Shown piece after piece: positions 9,798 to 25,804 of a stretch of DNA of 32,000 bases; the first letter of the stretch is position 1, and every line of letters starts with the position of its first letter. This stretch comes from Mycoplasmoides genitalium G37 (GTDB taxonomy: Bacteria; Bacillota_I; Bacilli_A; Mycoplasmatales; Mycoplasmoidaceae), in NCBI RefSeq assembly GCF_000027325.1, contig NC_000908.2:150001-182000 (forward strand), read 5' to 3'. Below the pieces are notes generated by a model. That model was given only the letters and a program-made list of their open reading frames with translations, had not been told where the DNA came from and made no database searches. A program made the position numbers and the translations under genes.

Positions 9798-10100
9798 ATG
9801 AGTTTTAAAAAGATTGCTGAAATGATGCGTCAAGCAGAACGAGAAACTAAGAAAAAAACATTAGCGTTTGAACAACAAGCCTTTGAATACAACTATAAAA
9901 ATGGTGCGATTAAGATCACTATTTTAGGTGATCTTACACTTAAATCAATTAACATCGATCCTGTTTTGATTGATGCAAGTGACAAAGTTATTCTAGAGGA
10001 GATGATTATAGAAGCTACTAATGAAGCGGTTAGTGATGTGAAAACCAAGTATGATAACTTAGTTGAGAAAACTATGCCAAAAGTTCCAGGTCTTTTCTAA
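9798..10100 (+). CDS. ybaB: YbaB/EbfC-family nucleoid-associated DNA-binding protein (100 aa)
   Basis: The size, the N-terminal helical MMRQAERETKK region, the core (NGAIKITILGDLTLKSINIDPVLID) and LEEMIIEATNEAV are all typical of the YbaB family. Confidence 0.85.
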   Translation: MSFKKIAEMMRQAERETKKKTLAFEQQAFEYNYKNGAIKITILGDLTLKSINIDPVLIDASDKVILEEMIIEATNEAVSDVKTKYDNLVEKTMPKVPGLF

Positions 10101-10914
10101 TTAGATTTTCTTTTTTAATAAAGATCTTATCCTTTTTCATTTCCATAAATGTAGGGATATTAGCAAAGAGTGTCATTAGTAAAATTGCAACATAACTTAA
10201 ACTAAAGCCCACAATAAACACAAGTTGTGGATCACTATTGCTTAAGTTAAGAAAGGTCGCCACATTTTTATATTCACCATTAGTTCAATCACTTGCTAAG
10301 ATACCAGTTGTATTACCTGTGATCTGGCCCTTAAACACAGATACCATCAAAGCTACATAACTAAAGTAAATTAGAGCAAACACATGGATATAGAAAAATG
10401 AGATTAAAGAAAAACAGTTATCCCACAAGATAATTGCTAAGCTTACAAGTAAACTGAGAAAATGCATCATGAAATAAATCTGGTTATTTCCTGTACCAAC
10501 AAAGATGAAATTCACAATATCTTGTTCATTAACAGGTGTAAAAATTAGTTCACCAAAAAGAGTAACCAAAGCTCCAAATAACCCAAAAACAGCTAACACC
10601 CCACTAATCTTTTTTTGCTTTAAAAAGACAAACACTGGCGCAATAACAGCAAAAAATGGACAAAGATCTAATAAAAATATCCTACTTAGTCGTAGTGAAT
10701 CTAAATTTTGTGAAGATTGGGAATTTTGTCCATAAACATCAGGGAATAAATAAATAATCTGCCTACCAAAAAAAACATAGACAAACAGTACAATGGCTAG
10801 TACTTGAATTAGATAGAACCTAATCTTTAGTTTTCGAACTAAAGGAGTAAAAGCTAAAACAGAAATTACACCAGCAATAATAAGGATGATGACAAGGTAG
10901 TTAAGTGTCTGCAT
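10072..10914 (-). CDS. Hypothetical polytopic membrane protein (280 aa)
   Basis: ORFs 10285-10914 and 10072-10263 share a frame and are joined through TGA (plus-strand tca at 10285-10287). Real TAG at 10072-10074. It contains multiple hydrophobic helices. The 3' end overlaps convergent ybaB by 29 nt. Confidence 0.75.
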
Positions 10915-10962
10915 TACTTATTGCTTAAAATTAAGATAAATAATTTTCCAATTTTGTTTTCA

Positions 10963-12435
10963 ATGAGTGATCGTTTAAATGATCAAGCCCAACATCGCTT
11001 GCAGAAACTTTTAAGGTTAAAACAAACTAATAATGACCCTTATTTAGTAACAAAAACTAGTCTAACCCATTCTTCAAAAAGCTTTCAAGTTGAATTTGAA
11101 AAATGTTCAGAAGAAGAGTTGAAGAAAAAAGCAACTGTCTCACTAGCTGGAAGGATCATTGCTATTAGACAAACCTTTTTAATTATTCAAGATTTTGATG
11201 GTCAAGTCCAACTTTACATCAATAAAAAAATCCATCCTAAGTTATTTGATTACTTTAATGAATTTGTTGATATTGGTGATCAAATTGTTGTTAGTGGTAA
11301 GCCAATGTTAACTAAAACAAAGGTATTAACTTTAGCTGTTGAAGAGATGAAAATCATTGCTAAGTGTTTATTGGTTCCACCTGAAAAGTGACATGGACTT
11401 ACTGATATTGAAACCCGCGCTCGCAAGCGCTTTCTTGATCTTACCTATAACTTAGCAATGCGTGATGTTTTTCTGAAACGCACTAAGATTATTAAATCAA
11501 TCCGTAGCTTTCTTGATCAAAATGGTTTTATTGAAGTTGAAACCCCCACTTTACAAGCTGTTTTAGGAGGAGCTAATGCTAAACCCTTTAAAACCCATTA
11601 CAATGCTTTAAAAGCGGATTTTTATCTCAGAATTGCTAATGAAATAGCATTAAAAAAACTCATTATTGGTGGATTTAACAAGGTTTATGAAATGGGTAAA
11701 ATGTTCCGTAATGAAGGGGTTGATACTACCCACAATCCTGAGTTTACCAGTATTGAAATATATCAAGCTTATGCAGATTTTGAAGTCATGCTTGTGCTTG
11801 TTGAAAAGCTGATTCAATCACTTTGTGAAAGCTTAAACCAATTTAGCTTTAACTGAAATAACAAAACGATTAATCTAAAAACACCATTTCATAAGATAAC
11901 AATGGTTGAACTTATTAAGAAAGTTACAGGGATCGATTTTAATTCAGTAAAAGATGATCAATCTGCCATTTTATTAGCAGAAAAACATCATGTTAAACTA
12001 GCAAAACACCAACAAAATAAGCAACACATCATTAATTTGTTTTTTGAACAGTTTTGTGAACAAACATTAATTGAACCTACCTTTGTAACCCATTATCCAA
12101 AAGCAGTTTCTCCTTTAGCAAAACAAGATCCTTCAAATCCTGAATTCACCCAACGATTTGAACTTTTTATTAATGGTAAAGAGATTGCTAATGCTTACAG
12201 TGAGCTAAACGATCCTTTAGAACAAAGAAAAAGGTTTGAACAACAACTTGAAGAAAAACAGCTTGGTAATGATGAGACAAGTGAACTTGATGAATCGTTT
12301 TTAGAAGCATTAAGTTTTGGGATGGTAAACACTGCTGGGCTTGGGATAGGTATTGATCGTTTGGTAATGTTGTTATGTGAATGTAATTCTATCCGTGATG
12401 TTGTTTTCTTCCCCCAGTTGCGTGAACATAAATAG
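10963..12435 (+). CDS. lysS: Lysine--tRNA ligase, class II (490 aa)
   Basis: Three same-frame ORFs (10921-11391, 11458-11856, 11902-12435) are joined by TGA at 11389-11391 and 11854-11856. The likely start is ATG 10963 ([13 protein letters not shown]). Class II motifs are present (FRNEG; [13 protein letters not shown]). Confidence 0.93.
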
Positions 12436-13591
12436 TTTTGATATTTTAATTGTTGGTGCTGGTATTAGTGGAATAGTACTAGCTAACATCTTAGCTAATC
12501 ACAATAAAAGGGTTTTAATTGTTGAAAAAAGAGATCATATTGGTGGTAACTGTTATGATAAAGTTGATAGTAAAACTCAACTCTTGTTTCACCAGTATGG
12601 ACCCCATATTTTCCATACTAACAACCAAACTGTTATTAACTTTATCTCACCCTTCTTTGAACTAAATAACTACCACCATCGGGTTGGTTTAAAATTGAAA
12701 AATAACCTAGATTTAACCTTACCCTTTGATTTTCAACAGATCTATAAACTAATGGGAAAAGATGGTAGAAAACTCGTTAGTTTTTTTAAAGAAAATTTCA
12801 GTTTAAATACTCATCTATCATTAGCAGAATTACAACTAATTGATAATCCTTTAGCACAAAAACTCTATCAGTTTTTAATTAGTAATGTTTATAAACCATA
12901 CAGTGTCAAAATGTGGGGTTTACCATTTGCAATGATTAATGAGAATGTTATTAACAGGGTCAAGATAGTTTTAAGTGAACAAAGCAGTTATTTTCCTGAT
13001 GCAATTATCCAGGGATTACCTAAATCAGGTTATACAAACAGTTTTCTTAAGATGTTAGCCAATCCCTTAATTGATGTGCAGTTAAACTGCAAAGATAACC
13101 TTTTAGTTTATCAAGATGAAAAACTGTTTTTTAACAATAACTTAATAGAAAAACCAGTTGTTTACTGTGGCTTAATTGACAAGCTATTTAACTTTTGCTT
13201 TGGTCATTTGCAATACCGTTCTCTTGCCTTTAGTTGAAAAAGATTTAACCAAAAAAAATACCAAACCTACCCTGTTGTTAATATGCCTTTAGCTAAATCA
13301 ATCACAAGGAGTGTGGAATACAAACAACTAACAAACCAAGGTTCTTTCAAACCGCAAACCATCGTTAGTTTTGAAACCCCTGGCAGCTATGCAATTAACG
13401 ATCCTAGGTTTAATGAACCTTATTACCCAATTAACAATACACTAAATGATACTCTTTTTAAAAAGTACTGAAAAAAAGCAAGTAAGTTAAAGAATCTACA
13501 CCTTTTGGGAAGATTAGCAACCTACCAATACATTGATATGGATAAAGCAATCCTACTTAGTATTAAAAAAGCCCAACAACTGTTAAGTTAA
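12377..13591 (+). CDS. glf: UDP-galactopyranose mutase (404 aa if ATG 12377; alternative starts ATG 12398 or GTG 12422)
   Basis: Same-frame ORFs 12377-13237 and 13283-13471, plus a tail to TAA 13589-13591, are joined through TGA at 13235-13237 and 13469-13471. An FAD Rossmann motif is present ([15 protein letters not shown]...[13 protein letters not shown]), as is the C-terminal [12 protein letters not shown] motif typical of Glf. The longest start would overlap lysS by 59 nt. Confidence 0.85.
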
Positions 13592-15387
13592 TGGAACAAA
13601 AAAACATTAGAAATTTTTCTATTATTGCCCATATTGATCATGGTAAATCTACCTTATCAGACCGCTTGTTAGAACATAGTTTAGGCTTTGAAAAAAGACT
13701 ATTACAAGCGCAAATGCTTGATACTATGGAGATTGAAAGAGAAAGGGGTATTACCATTAAATTAAATGCTGTTGAATTGAAAATTAATGTTGATAACAAC
13801 AACTATCTTTTTCATTTAATTGACACCCCTGGGCATGTTGATTTTACTTATGAAGTGTCTCGTTCTTTAGCAGCTTGTGAGGGAGTTTTATTGTTAGTAG
13901 ATGCAACCCAAGGAATTCAAGCACAAACGATTTCCAATGCTTATCTTGCGTTGGAAAATAACCTGGAAATTATCCCAGTTATTAACAAGATAGATATGGA
14001 TAATGCTGATATTGAAACAACAAAAGATTCACTCCATAACTTATTAGGAGTTGAAAAGAACAGTATCTGTTTAGTATCTGCAAAAGCTAACTTAGGGATT
14101 GATCAGTTAATTCAAACAATTATAGCTAAGATCCCCCCACCAAAAGGAGAAATTAATAGACCTTTAAAAGCATTACTCTTTGATAGTTACTATGATCCTT
14201 ACAAGGGGGTTGTTTGTTTTATTAGGGTATTTGATGGTTGTTTAAAGGTTAATGATAAGGTTCGTTTTATTAAAAGTAATTCTGTTTACCAAATTGTGGA
14301 ACTAGGGGTTAAAACCCCATTTTTTGAAAAAAGAGATCAATTGCAAGCAGGAGATGTTGGTTGGTTTTCAGCAGGGATAAAAAAACTTCGTGATGTTGGG
14401 GTTGGTGATACTATTGTTAGTTTTGATGATCAATTTACAAAACCCCTAGCAGGTTATAAAAAGATCTTACCCATGATCTATTGTGGTTTATATCCAGTTG
14501 ATAACAGTGATTATCAAAACCTCAAGTTAGCGATGGAAAAGATCATAATCAGTGATGCAGCATTGGAATATGAATATGAAACATCCCAAGCGTTAGGTTT
14601 TGGGGTTAGGTGTGGTTTTCTAGGTCTTTTACATATGGATGTTATTAAAGAAAGATTGGAAAGAGAATACAACCTAAAACTCATCTCAGCTCCCCCTTCA
14701 GTTGTATATAAGGTGTTGTTAACAAATGGTAAAGAGATTAGTATTGACAATCCCTCTTTGTTACCAGAACGCTCCAAGATTAAAGCAATCAGTGAACCAT
14801 TTGTAAAAGTCTTTATTGATTTACCTGATCAATATTTGGGCAGTGTTATTGATTTATGCCAAAACTTCAGGGGTCAATATGAAAGTTTAAATGAGATTGA
14901 TATCAACAGAAAAAGAATCTGTTATCTGATGCCTTTAGGGGAAATTATCTACAGTTTTTTTGATAAGTTAAAGTCGATTAGTAAGGGTTATGCATCGTTA
15001 AACTATGAGTTTTATAACTACCAACATAGTCAACTGGAAAAAGTTGAGATCATGTTAAACAAACAAAAGATTGATGCATTATCTTTTATCAGTCATAAAG
15101 ACTTTGCTTTTAAGCGGGCAAAAAAGTTTTGCACTAAGCTCAAAGAATTGATTCCCAAGCATCTGTTTGAGATCCCTATCCAAGCAACAATAGGGAGTAA
15201 AGTAATAGCAAGAGAGACAATCAAAGCAGTTAGAAAGGATGTAATAGCTAAACTTTATGGAGGGGATGTTAGTAGAAAAAAGAAGTTATTAGAGAAGCAA
15301 AAAGAGGGTAAAAAACGCTTGAAAGCAGTTGGGAGTGTTCAATTACCCCAAGAGCTATTTAGTCATTTGCTGAAAGATGAAGATTAA
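13591..15387 (+). CDS. lepA: Elongation factor 4 / LepA (598 aa)
   Basis: Intact ORF with GTPase motifs ([18 protein letters not shown]) and the LepA-specific C-terminal domain. The ATG overlaps the glf TAA in a TAATG junction. Confidence 0.96.
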   Translation: MEQKNIRNFSIIAHIDHGKSTLSDRLLEHSLGFEKRLLQAQMLDTMEIERERGITIKLNAVELKINVDNNNYLFHLIDTPGHVDFTYEVSRSLAACEGVLLLVDATQGIQAQTISNAYLALENNLEIIPVINKIDMDNADIETTKDSLHNLLGVEKNSICLVSAKANLGIDQLIQTIIAKIPPPKGEINRPLKALLFDSYYDPYKGVVCFIRVFDGCLKVNDKVRFIKSNSVYQIVELGVKTPFFEKRDQLQAGDVGWFSAGIKKLRDVGVGDTIVSFDDQFTKPLAGYKKILPMIYCGLYPVDNSDYQNLKLAMEKIIISDAALEYEYETSQALGFGVRCGFLGLLHMDVIKERLEREYNLKLISAPPSVVYKVLLTNGKEISIDNPSLLPERSKIKAISEPFVKVFIDLPDQYLGSVIDLCQNFRGQYESLNEIDINRKRICYLMPLGEIIYSFFDKLKSISKGYASLNYEFYNYQHSQLEKVEIMLNKQKIDALSFISHKDFAFKRAKKFCTKLKELIPKHLFEIPIQATIGSKVIARETIKAVRKDVIAKLYGGDVSRKKKLLEKQKEGKKRLKAVGSVQLPQELFSHLLKDED

Positions 15388-15470
15388 CATTTTTATAATT
15401 TGTTATTCTTTTGTATTGGTTGATACTTTAACAAAGTATTCACAATAAAATTTCAACACTAATATAAACA

Positions 15471-17180
15471 ATGATAAAGGATTTTAATCCTGGTGATTTT
15501 ATTGGTAAAAAACCAACTAAAATCTATGCTTTTGGTGGTATCCAAGAAGTTGGTAAAAACATGTATGGGATTGAATATGATGATGAAATCATCATTATTG
15601 ACTGTGGCATTAAATTTGCTAGTGATGATCTACTTGGCATCAATGGGATTATCCCTAGTTTTGAACACTTAATTGAAAACCAAAGTAAGGTTAAAGCATT
15701 GTTTATTACCCATGGTCATGAAGACCATATTGGGGGTGTACCATACCTTTTAAAGCAGGTTGATATTCCTGTTATCTACGCACCAAGGATCGCAGCATCA
15801 TTAATCTTGAAAAAGGTTAATGAGCACAAGGATGCTAAGCTCAATAAGATAGTTACTTTTGATGATTTTAGTGAGTTTCAAACCAAACACTTCAAAATTG
15901 ATTTTTACCGGGTAAACCACTCGATTCCCGATGCTTTTGGAATCTGTGTGCAAACCCCTAATGGCAACATTGTTCAAAGCGGTGACTACCGGTTTGATTT
16001 TGCTGCTGGGAGTGAGATGTTAGATGTTCATAAAGTAGTGAAAATTGCCGAGCGCAATGTCCATGTTTTTATGAGTGAATCTACTAATGCTGAAGTACCA
16101 GGTTTTTCCCAAAGTGAAAAGTTAATTTACAGAAACATCCAAAAGATCTTAAAAGAAGCAAGGGGTAGGGTTATTTTAACTACTTTTGCATCTAACATCA
16201 CACGGATTAATGAAATTATTGAGATTGCTTTAAACAACAAACGCAAGATCTGTTTATTGGGTAAATCAATGGATGTTAATGTTAATATTTCACGCAAAAT
16301 TGGATTGATGGCAATTGATAGTAATGATATTGTGGAAGTTCGTGATATCAAAAACTATCCTGATCGTAATATCTTAATCTTGTGCACTGGTTCACAAGGT
16401 GAGGAGGCTGCTGCTTTAAACACAATGGCACGTGGTAAGCATAATTGGGTGAGCTTAAAATCAACTGACACCATTATTATGTCTTCAAATCCAATTCCAG
16501 GTAATTATGCTGCAGTTGAAAACTTGCTTAATGAACTCTCTAAGTTTGGTGTTGCTATTTATGAAAATTCATCCCAACTAAAACTACATGCCTCAGGTCA
16601 TGCCACTCAACAAGAGTTACAGTTGATGCTAAATTTAATGTTTCCTAAATACTTAATTCCTATCCATGGTGAATTTAAGATGATGCGAACCATAAAAAAC
16701 ATTGCTAATGAATGTGGCATTAAAAGCGAGGATGTGGCGCTTTTAAGTAATGGCCAAGTAATGTATTTAATTGATGAAGAACTTTATTATTCCAATGAAA
16801 TTATTAATGCTGATCCTATTTATATAGAGAGTCATAACTCTTCTCCTGATCTTGCAAGAATAATTAAGCAAAGACAAATCCTTAGTCGTGATGGGATGTT
16901 TGCTGTTATTGTTGTTTTTGATAAGAATAATAACATCATTGGGATTCCAACCTTAATAACAAGGGGTTGTTTCTTTGCACTTGATTCCAATCCTTTAATG
17001 ACAAAGATAGCCCATTCTGTTAAAAGAACTTTAGAAAGTGTTATCCAAAGTAAGAAGTTTAATAGTCATGAACAACTAACAAAGGAATTGAAACGAGTTT
17101 GTAAGGAAACTGTTTCTTACTTTATCTGAAAAAATAAAAACCGTAATCCCTTAATTTCAACTGTGCTTTCCTGGATCTAA
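15471..17180 (+). CDS. rnj: Ribonuclease J, metallo-beta-lactamase/beta-CASP family (569 aa)
   Basis: ORF 15471-17129 continues through TGA 17127-17129 to TAA 17178-17180. The HxHxDH motif is present (ITHGHEDHIGG), with beta-CASP and C-terminal regions. Confidence 0.9.
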
Positions 17181-17184
17181 TTCC

Positions 17185-18173
17185 CCCAACCTCTATTTTC
17201 TGTTACTAGTGCCAAAAGTGGTATTAGAGTACCACAACCTGAATAACCAAGTAGTCAAAGAGAGTTTGGAAGTGGAAGCAACCCAATCATCCTTCAACCC
17301 CACCCAAAGGTTGAAGAGTGGGAGTCCAATGAAGGATACAGGAAAGATGGGGGAGAAACTCAGTGAAACAACTGCTTCATCCATGAGTGGTATGGCTACA
17401 TCCACTCGAGCCAAGGCCCTTAAGATAGAGGTGGAAAGGGGGAGTAATGTCAATCAAGGCGAACTACAATCCAACGACTTTGCCAAAAAGCCGTTTAAAG
17501 ATGAGAGCAATAAGAAGTTGGATTCACAGAAGGAGTTTCCCCAAGGAAAGGTTTGAAAACCGGTGTTGAGTACAGATGAGATAACAAGAGAGAGGGGGAT
17601 GGGGGCGACTTAGACTTTCTCCCCTGAATCGGCAATGGTAAACCCTTCTCCAACTCCCCCTCCCCTTCAACTTCTGCTTCCTCAACCCCCCTCCCCACTT
17701 TTTCTAACATCAATGTTGGGGTTAAATCAATGATCACTCAACATTTAAATAAAGAAAACACCCGGTGGGTGTTTATACCTAACTTTTCACCTGACATCTG
17801 AACAGGAGCAGGTTATAGAAAAGCTAATAACAACAATAACGGCATTCCTTTTGAACAGGTGAAACCTAGCAATAGTAGTACCCCCTTTAATCCCACCTCA
17901 GCTGGTGGCTCCTCAGCCAAAAAAACAACCACCTATTCCTTTTTACCCAATTCCATCAGTCCCACCAGTGACTGGATCAACGCATTGACTTTCACTAATA
18001 AGAATAACCCGCAACGAAATCAACTGTTGTTAAGAGCACTGTTAGGAACTATTCCGGTCTTGATCAATAAGAGTGGGGATAGTAATGATCAATTTAACAA
18101 GGATAGTGAGCAGAAATGGGATAAAACGAATGAAAAAGATGGGAATTTACCTGGGTTTGGGGAGGTGAATGGT
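17185..18173 (+). repeat. MgPa repeat (MgPar), mgpC/P110-homologous part; non-expressed recombination donor
   Basis: Visibly GC-richer than the flanks. With code 4, frame 3 reads ...DLDFLPWIGNGKPFSNSPSPSTSASSTPLPTFSNINVGVKSMITQHLNKENTRWVFIPNFSPDIWTGAGYR...ISPTSDWINALTFTNKNNPQRNQLLLRALLGTIPVLINKSGDSNDQFNKDSEQKWDK...LPGFGEVNG. I recognise this as the MG192 (P110) sequence. The 5' 400 nt (17209-17610) is open in a different frame, so the cassette is frame-discontinuous. No start codon or promoter context. Confidence 0.85.
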
Positions 18174-18360
18174 GGTTTTTATAAGATTTTTACTTATTTA
18201 ATAGTTAAAAAAGTTTTGAATTTTTCTTAGTTTTTTATTTGTTTAATATTTAAGAAAGTCTCAAATTTTTATCAGTTTATTGGTCAAAGAAGTCGCAAAT
18301 TTTTCTTAGTTTTTTATTTGCTTAATGGTTAAAAAAGCGTTAGTTTTTACCTTTATTTAA

Positions 18361-18372
<12 letters not shown>
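18174..18372. repeat. AT-rich MgPar internal spacer containing ~80-bp-period direct repeats
   Basis: aatttttcttagttttttatttgTttaat at 18219-18247 recurs as aatttttcttagttttttatttgCttaat at 18298-18326. aagtctcaaattttt (about 18256-18270) resembles aagtcgcaaattttt (about 18290-18304). Stops occur in all frames. Confidence 0.8.
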
Positions 18373-19815
<1,443 letters not shown>

Positions 19816-19914
19816 AGAGAATTCACCCAAATTATTTACTTATTTATTAACTATTGTTACCCAATTTTTCTCTTTTTATTTGTTGTTTTTTTACTAATTA
19901 AATAAGCAGTCTTT

Positions 19915-19943
19915 CTTACAAAAAAGAAAAATTCATATATAAT
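19915..19943 (+). promoter_or_regulatory. Candidate rRNA operon promoter (-35-like cTTACAa, -10 TATAAT)
   Basis: A perfect TATAAT at 19938-19943 lies about 70 nt upstream of the 16S 5' end. A TTACAA/CTTACA element sits 16-17 nt upstream of it. No experimental support is visible from sequence. Confidence 0.35.
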
Positions 19944-20011
19944 CTTTGCGCTGTTAACACCTTTGTTAACGCCAAAAATGTTCTTTCAAAACTGGATGCA
20001 ATCTGTCAATT

Positions 20012-21530
<1,519 letters not shown>

Positions 21531-21727
21531 AAATGGAGTTTTTATTTTTTATTTATCTTAAACACCCATTAATTTTTTCGGTGTTAAAACCCAAATCAAT
21601 GTTTGGTCTCACAACTAACACATTTGGTCAGTTTGTATCCAGTTCTGAAAGAATGTTTTTGAACAGTTCTTTCAAAACTGAAAACGACAATCTTTCTAGT
21701 TCCAAAAATAAATACCAAAGGATCAAT
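21531..21727 (+). other. 16S-23S internal transcribed spacer, no tRNA
   Basis: About 197 nt with no cloverleaf-capable sequence. It contains the 3' halves and 5' halves of the two processing stems (see findings). Confidence 0.85.
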
Positions 21728-24643
<2,916 letters not shown>

Positions 24644-24684
24644 TTGATAAAAGGTATTTATCAACTAAAAGATTGTCGTTTTTG

Positions 24685-24793
24685 TTTGGTGCTAATATCG
24701 CTGTGGAAACACCTGGAACCATCCCGAACCCAGCAGTTAAGCACAGTGGAGCTAAATGTAGGTAGTAATACTGAGAATAGGTAAGCACCAAGC
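24685..24793 (+). rRNA. rrf: 5S ribosomal RNA (~109 nt)
   Basis: TTTGGTGCTAATATCGCTGTGGAAACACCTGGAACCATCCCGAACCCAGCAGTTAAGC... carries the conserved 5S loop motifs (CCGAAC, GTTAAGC). The 3' end GCACCAAGC pairs with the 5' end. Confidence 0.93.
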
Positions 24794-24802
24794 AAAAATT
24801 AA

Positions 24803-24837
24803 GGACTATAGGTTTAAAAACCTATGGTCTTTTTTTA
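24803..24837 (+). terminator. Intrinsic terminator of the rRNA operon
   Basis: GGACTATAGG(TTT) at 24803-24815 pairs with (AAA)CCTATGGTC at 24818-24829, giving 9-10 bp with one G-U. It is followed by T7 at 24830-24836. Confidence 0.65.
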
Positions 24838-24878
24838 TTTAATGAATAGTTTTTATAACTAATTTATCTAAAAAAATC

Positions 24879-25667
24879 GAACAACCTTTGACTAAGTATA
24901 CGCTCAATGGCAGTTTGGCCAAAGAGAAGGGCAAAAGCCAGATAGAGGTGCATCTGGGTAGTGGGCAAGCAACTAATTGATCCACTCAACGCGCCACTCC
25001 ATTGGTCTGAATGACAATCCCAGCCCAAATGCTTCAACTGGGTTTAAACTCACTACCGGCAACGCTTATAGAAAATTGGATCAATCCTGACCAATTTATC
25101 AACTAATTGATGGGACCAAGCAGGGCAAAGGGAAGGATAGTAATGGGTGGAATAGTGAAGAAAATACGGCAGCAGGGGATGCGCCTCTTGTTTCAACAAG
25201 TGGAGGTGGTTCTTCTGGAACATTTAATAAATACCTCAACACCAAACAAGCGTTAGAAAGGATCGGCATCTTGTTTGAAAGTAATGGAGAGGCGAGGAAT
25301 GTGGTTAGCCTCCTTCCAACTCTACCAACCCAACAAGGTGAAGGCTTACCAAACCACTAACACCTACAACAGGTTAATTGAACCTGACAAGTGACAATCA
25401 AGTAGTGATTTGAACAATATGACCAACTTGTTAAAACTCCTAACAACTAAAAACATCAAAGCGAAATTGGGGAAGGACACCCAATCAATGGGAAATAATA
25501 ATGGAGGGGGTGTTAGTCAAACCTTTTCCTTTGTTGTTCCTTATTCAATGAATCATACAAATACGGGAACTAGTGGAACCATTAAAACTGCTTATCCAGT
25601 GAAAAAAGATGAAGCTTCCCAAGTAGCGATCAATTCCTTGATCAACGCTACGCCATTGAATAGTTAA
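24879..25667 (+). repeat. Second MgPar: mosaic of mgpB-like, mgpC-like and mgpB-like segments
   Basis: 24879-25307 is homologous to 18706-19126 (EQPLTKYTLN.SLAKEKGK...SGTFNKYLNTKQALE.IGILF). 25311-25520 reads SFQLYQPNKVKAYQTTNTYNRLIEP...MTNLLKLLTTKNIKAKLGK...GNNNGGGVSQT, which I recognise as P110-like. 25521-25665 is homologous to 19648-19793 (FSFVVPYS...TIKTAYPVKKD...INSLINATPLNS). Frame breaks are present. Confidence 0.85.
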
Positions 25668-25787
25668 AAACCTGATTTATTTTTATAGAAACAGTTACTT
25701 TGAAGATTCACTACTAATAATTTAAATTAAGCACTCATACTAATATATTAATCCCTTTAGATTGCTTAACTCTTTAAAACTTCCCTT

Positions 25788-25793
25788 TATAAT
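25788..25793 (+). promoter_or_regulatory. Candidate -10 box (TATAAT) for the helicase gene; would give a near-leaderless mRNA
   Basis: A perfect TATAAT lies 12 nt upstream of ATG 25805. There is no SD sequence. Short or absent leaders are common in this group of mycoplasmas. Confidence 0.3.
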
Positions 25794-25804
25794 CAAATAT
25801 CGCC

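Noticed and set aside
10921-10962. TTG start at 10921 for lysS, as implied by the ORF track
   Set aside because: The upstream 14 codons (MLKIKINNFPILFS) overlap the divergent promoter region and are unlike LysRS N-termini. ATG 10963 (MSDRLND...) is the more plausible start.
15423-15439. Hairpin ATACTTT-AAC-AAAGTAT after lepA as an intrinsic terminator
   Set aside because: It is a 7-bp all-weak (AT-rich) stem with a 3-nt loop and no downstream T-tract, which is not distinguishable from chance in this AT-rich spacer.
6460-16351. Other antisense or overlapping track ORFs (6460-6642 -, 7057-7251 -, 10505-10735 +, 14514-14777 -, 16127-16351 -)
   Set aside because: Each is fully embedded opposite a conserved gene (EIIB-like/rny, rny, membrane protein, lepA, rnj). 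I found no independent start or SD context and no family resemblance.
17193-17737. Track ORFs 17209-17556 (+), 17193-17453 (-) and 17495-17737 (-) as real genes
   Set aside because: They lie in the GC-richer MgPar, where stop codons are rare on both strands. They have no promoter or SD context, and they mutually overlap on opposite strands. I treat them as cassette sequence, not genes.
21531-21727. Possible tRNA gene(s) in the 16S-23S spacer or after the 5S
   Set aside because: I could find no acceptor-stem/T-loop (GTTCxAxxC) pattern or cloverleaf-compatible complementarity. The spacer complementarity is explained by the processing stems.
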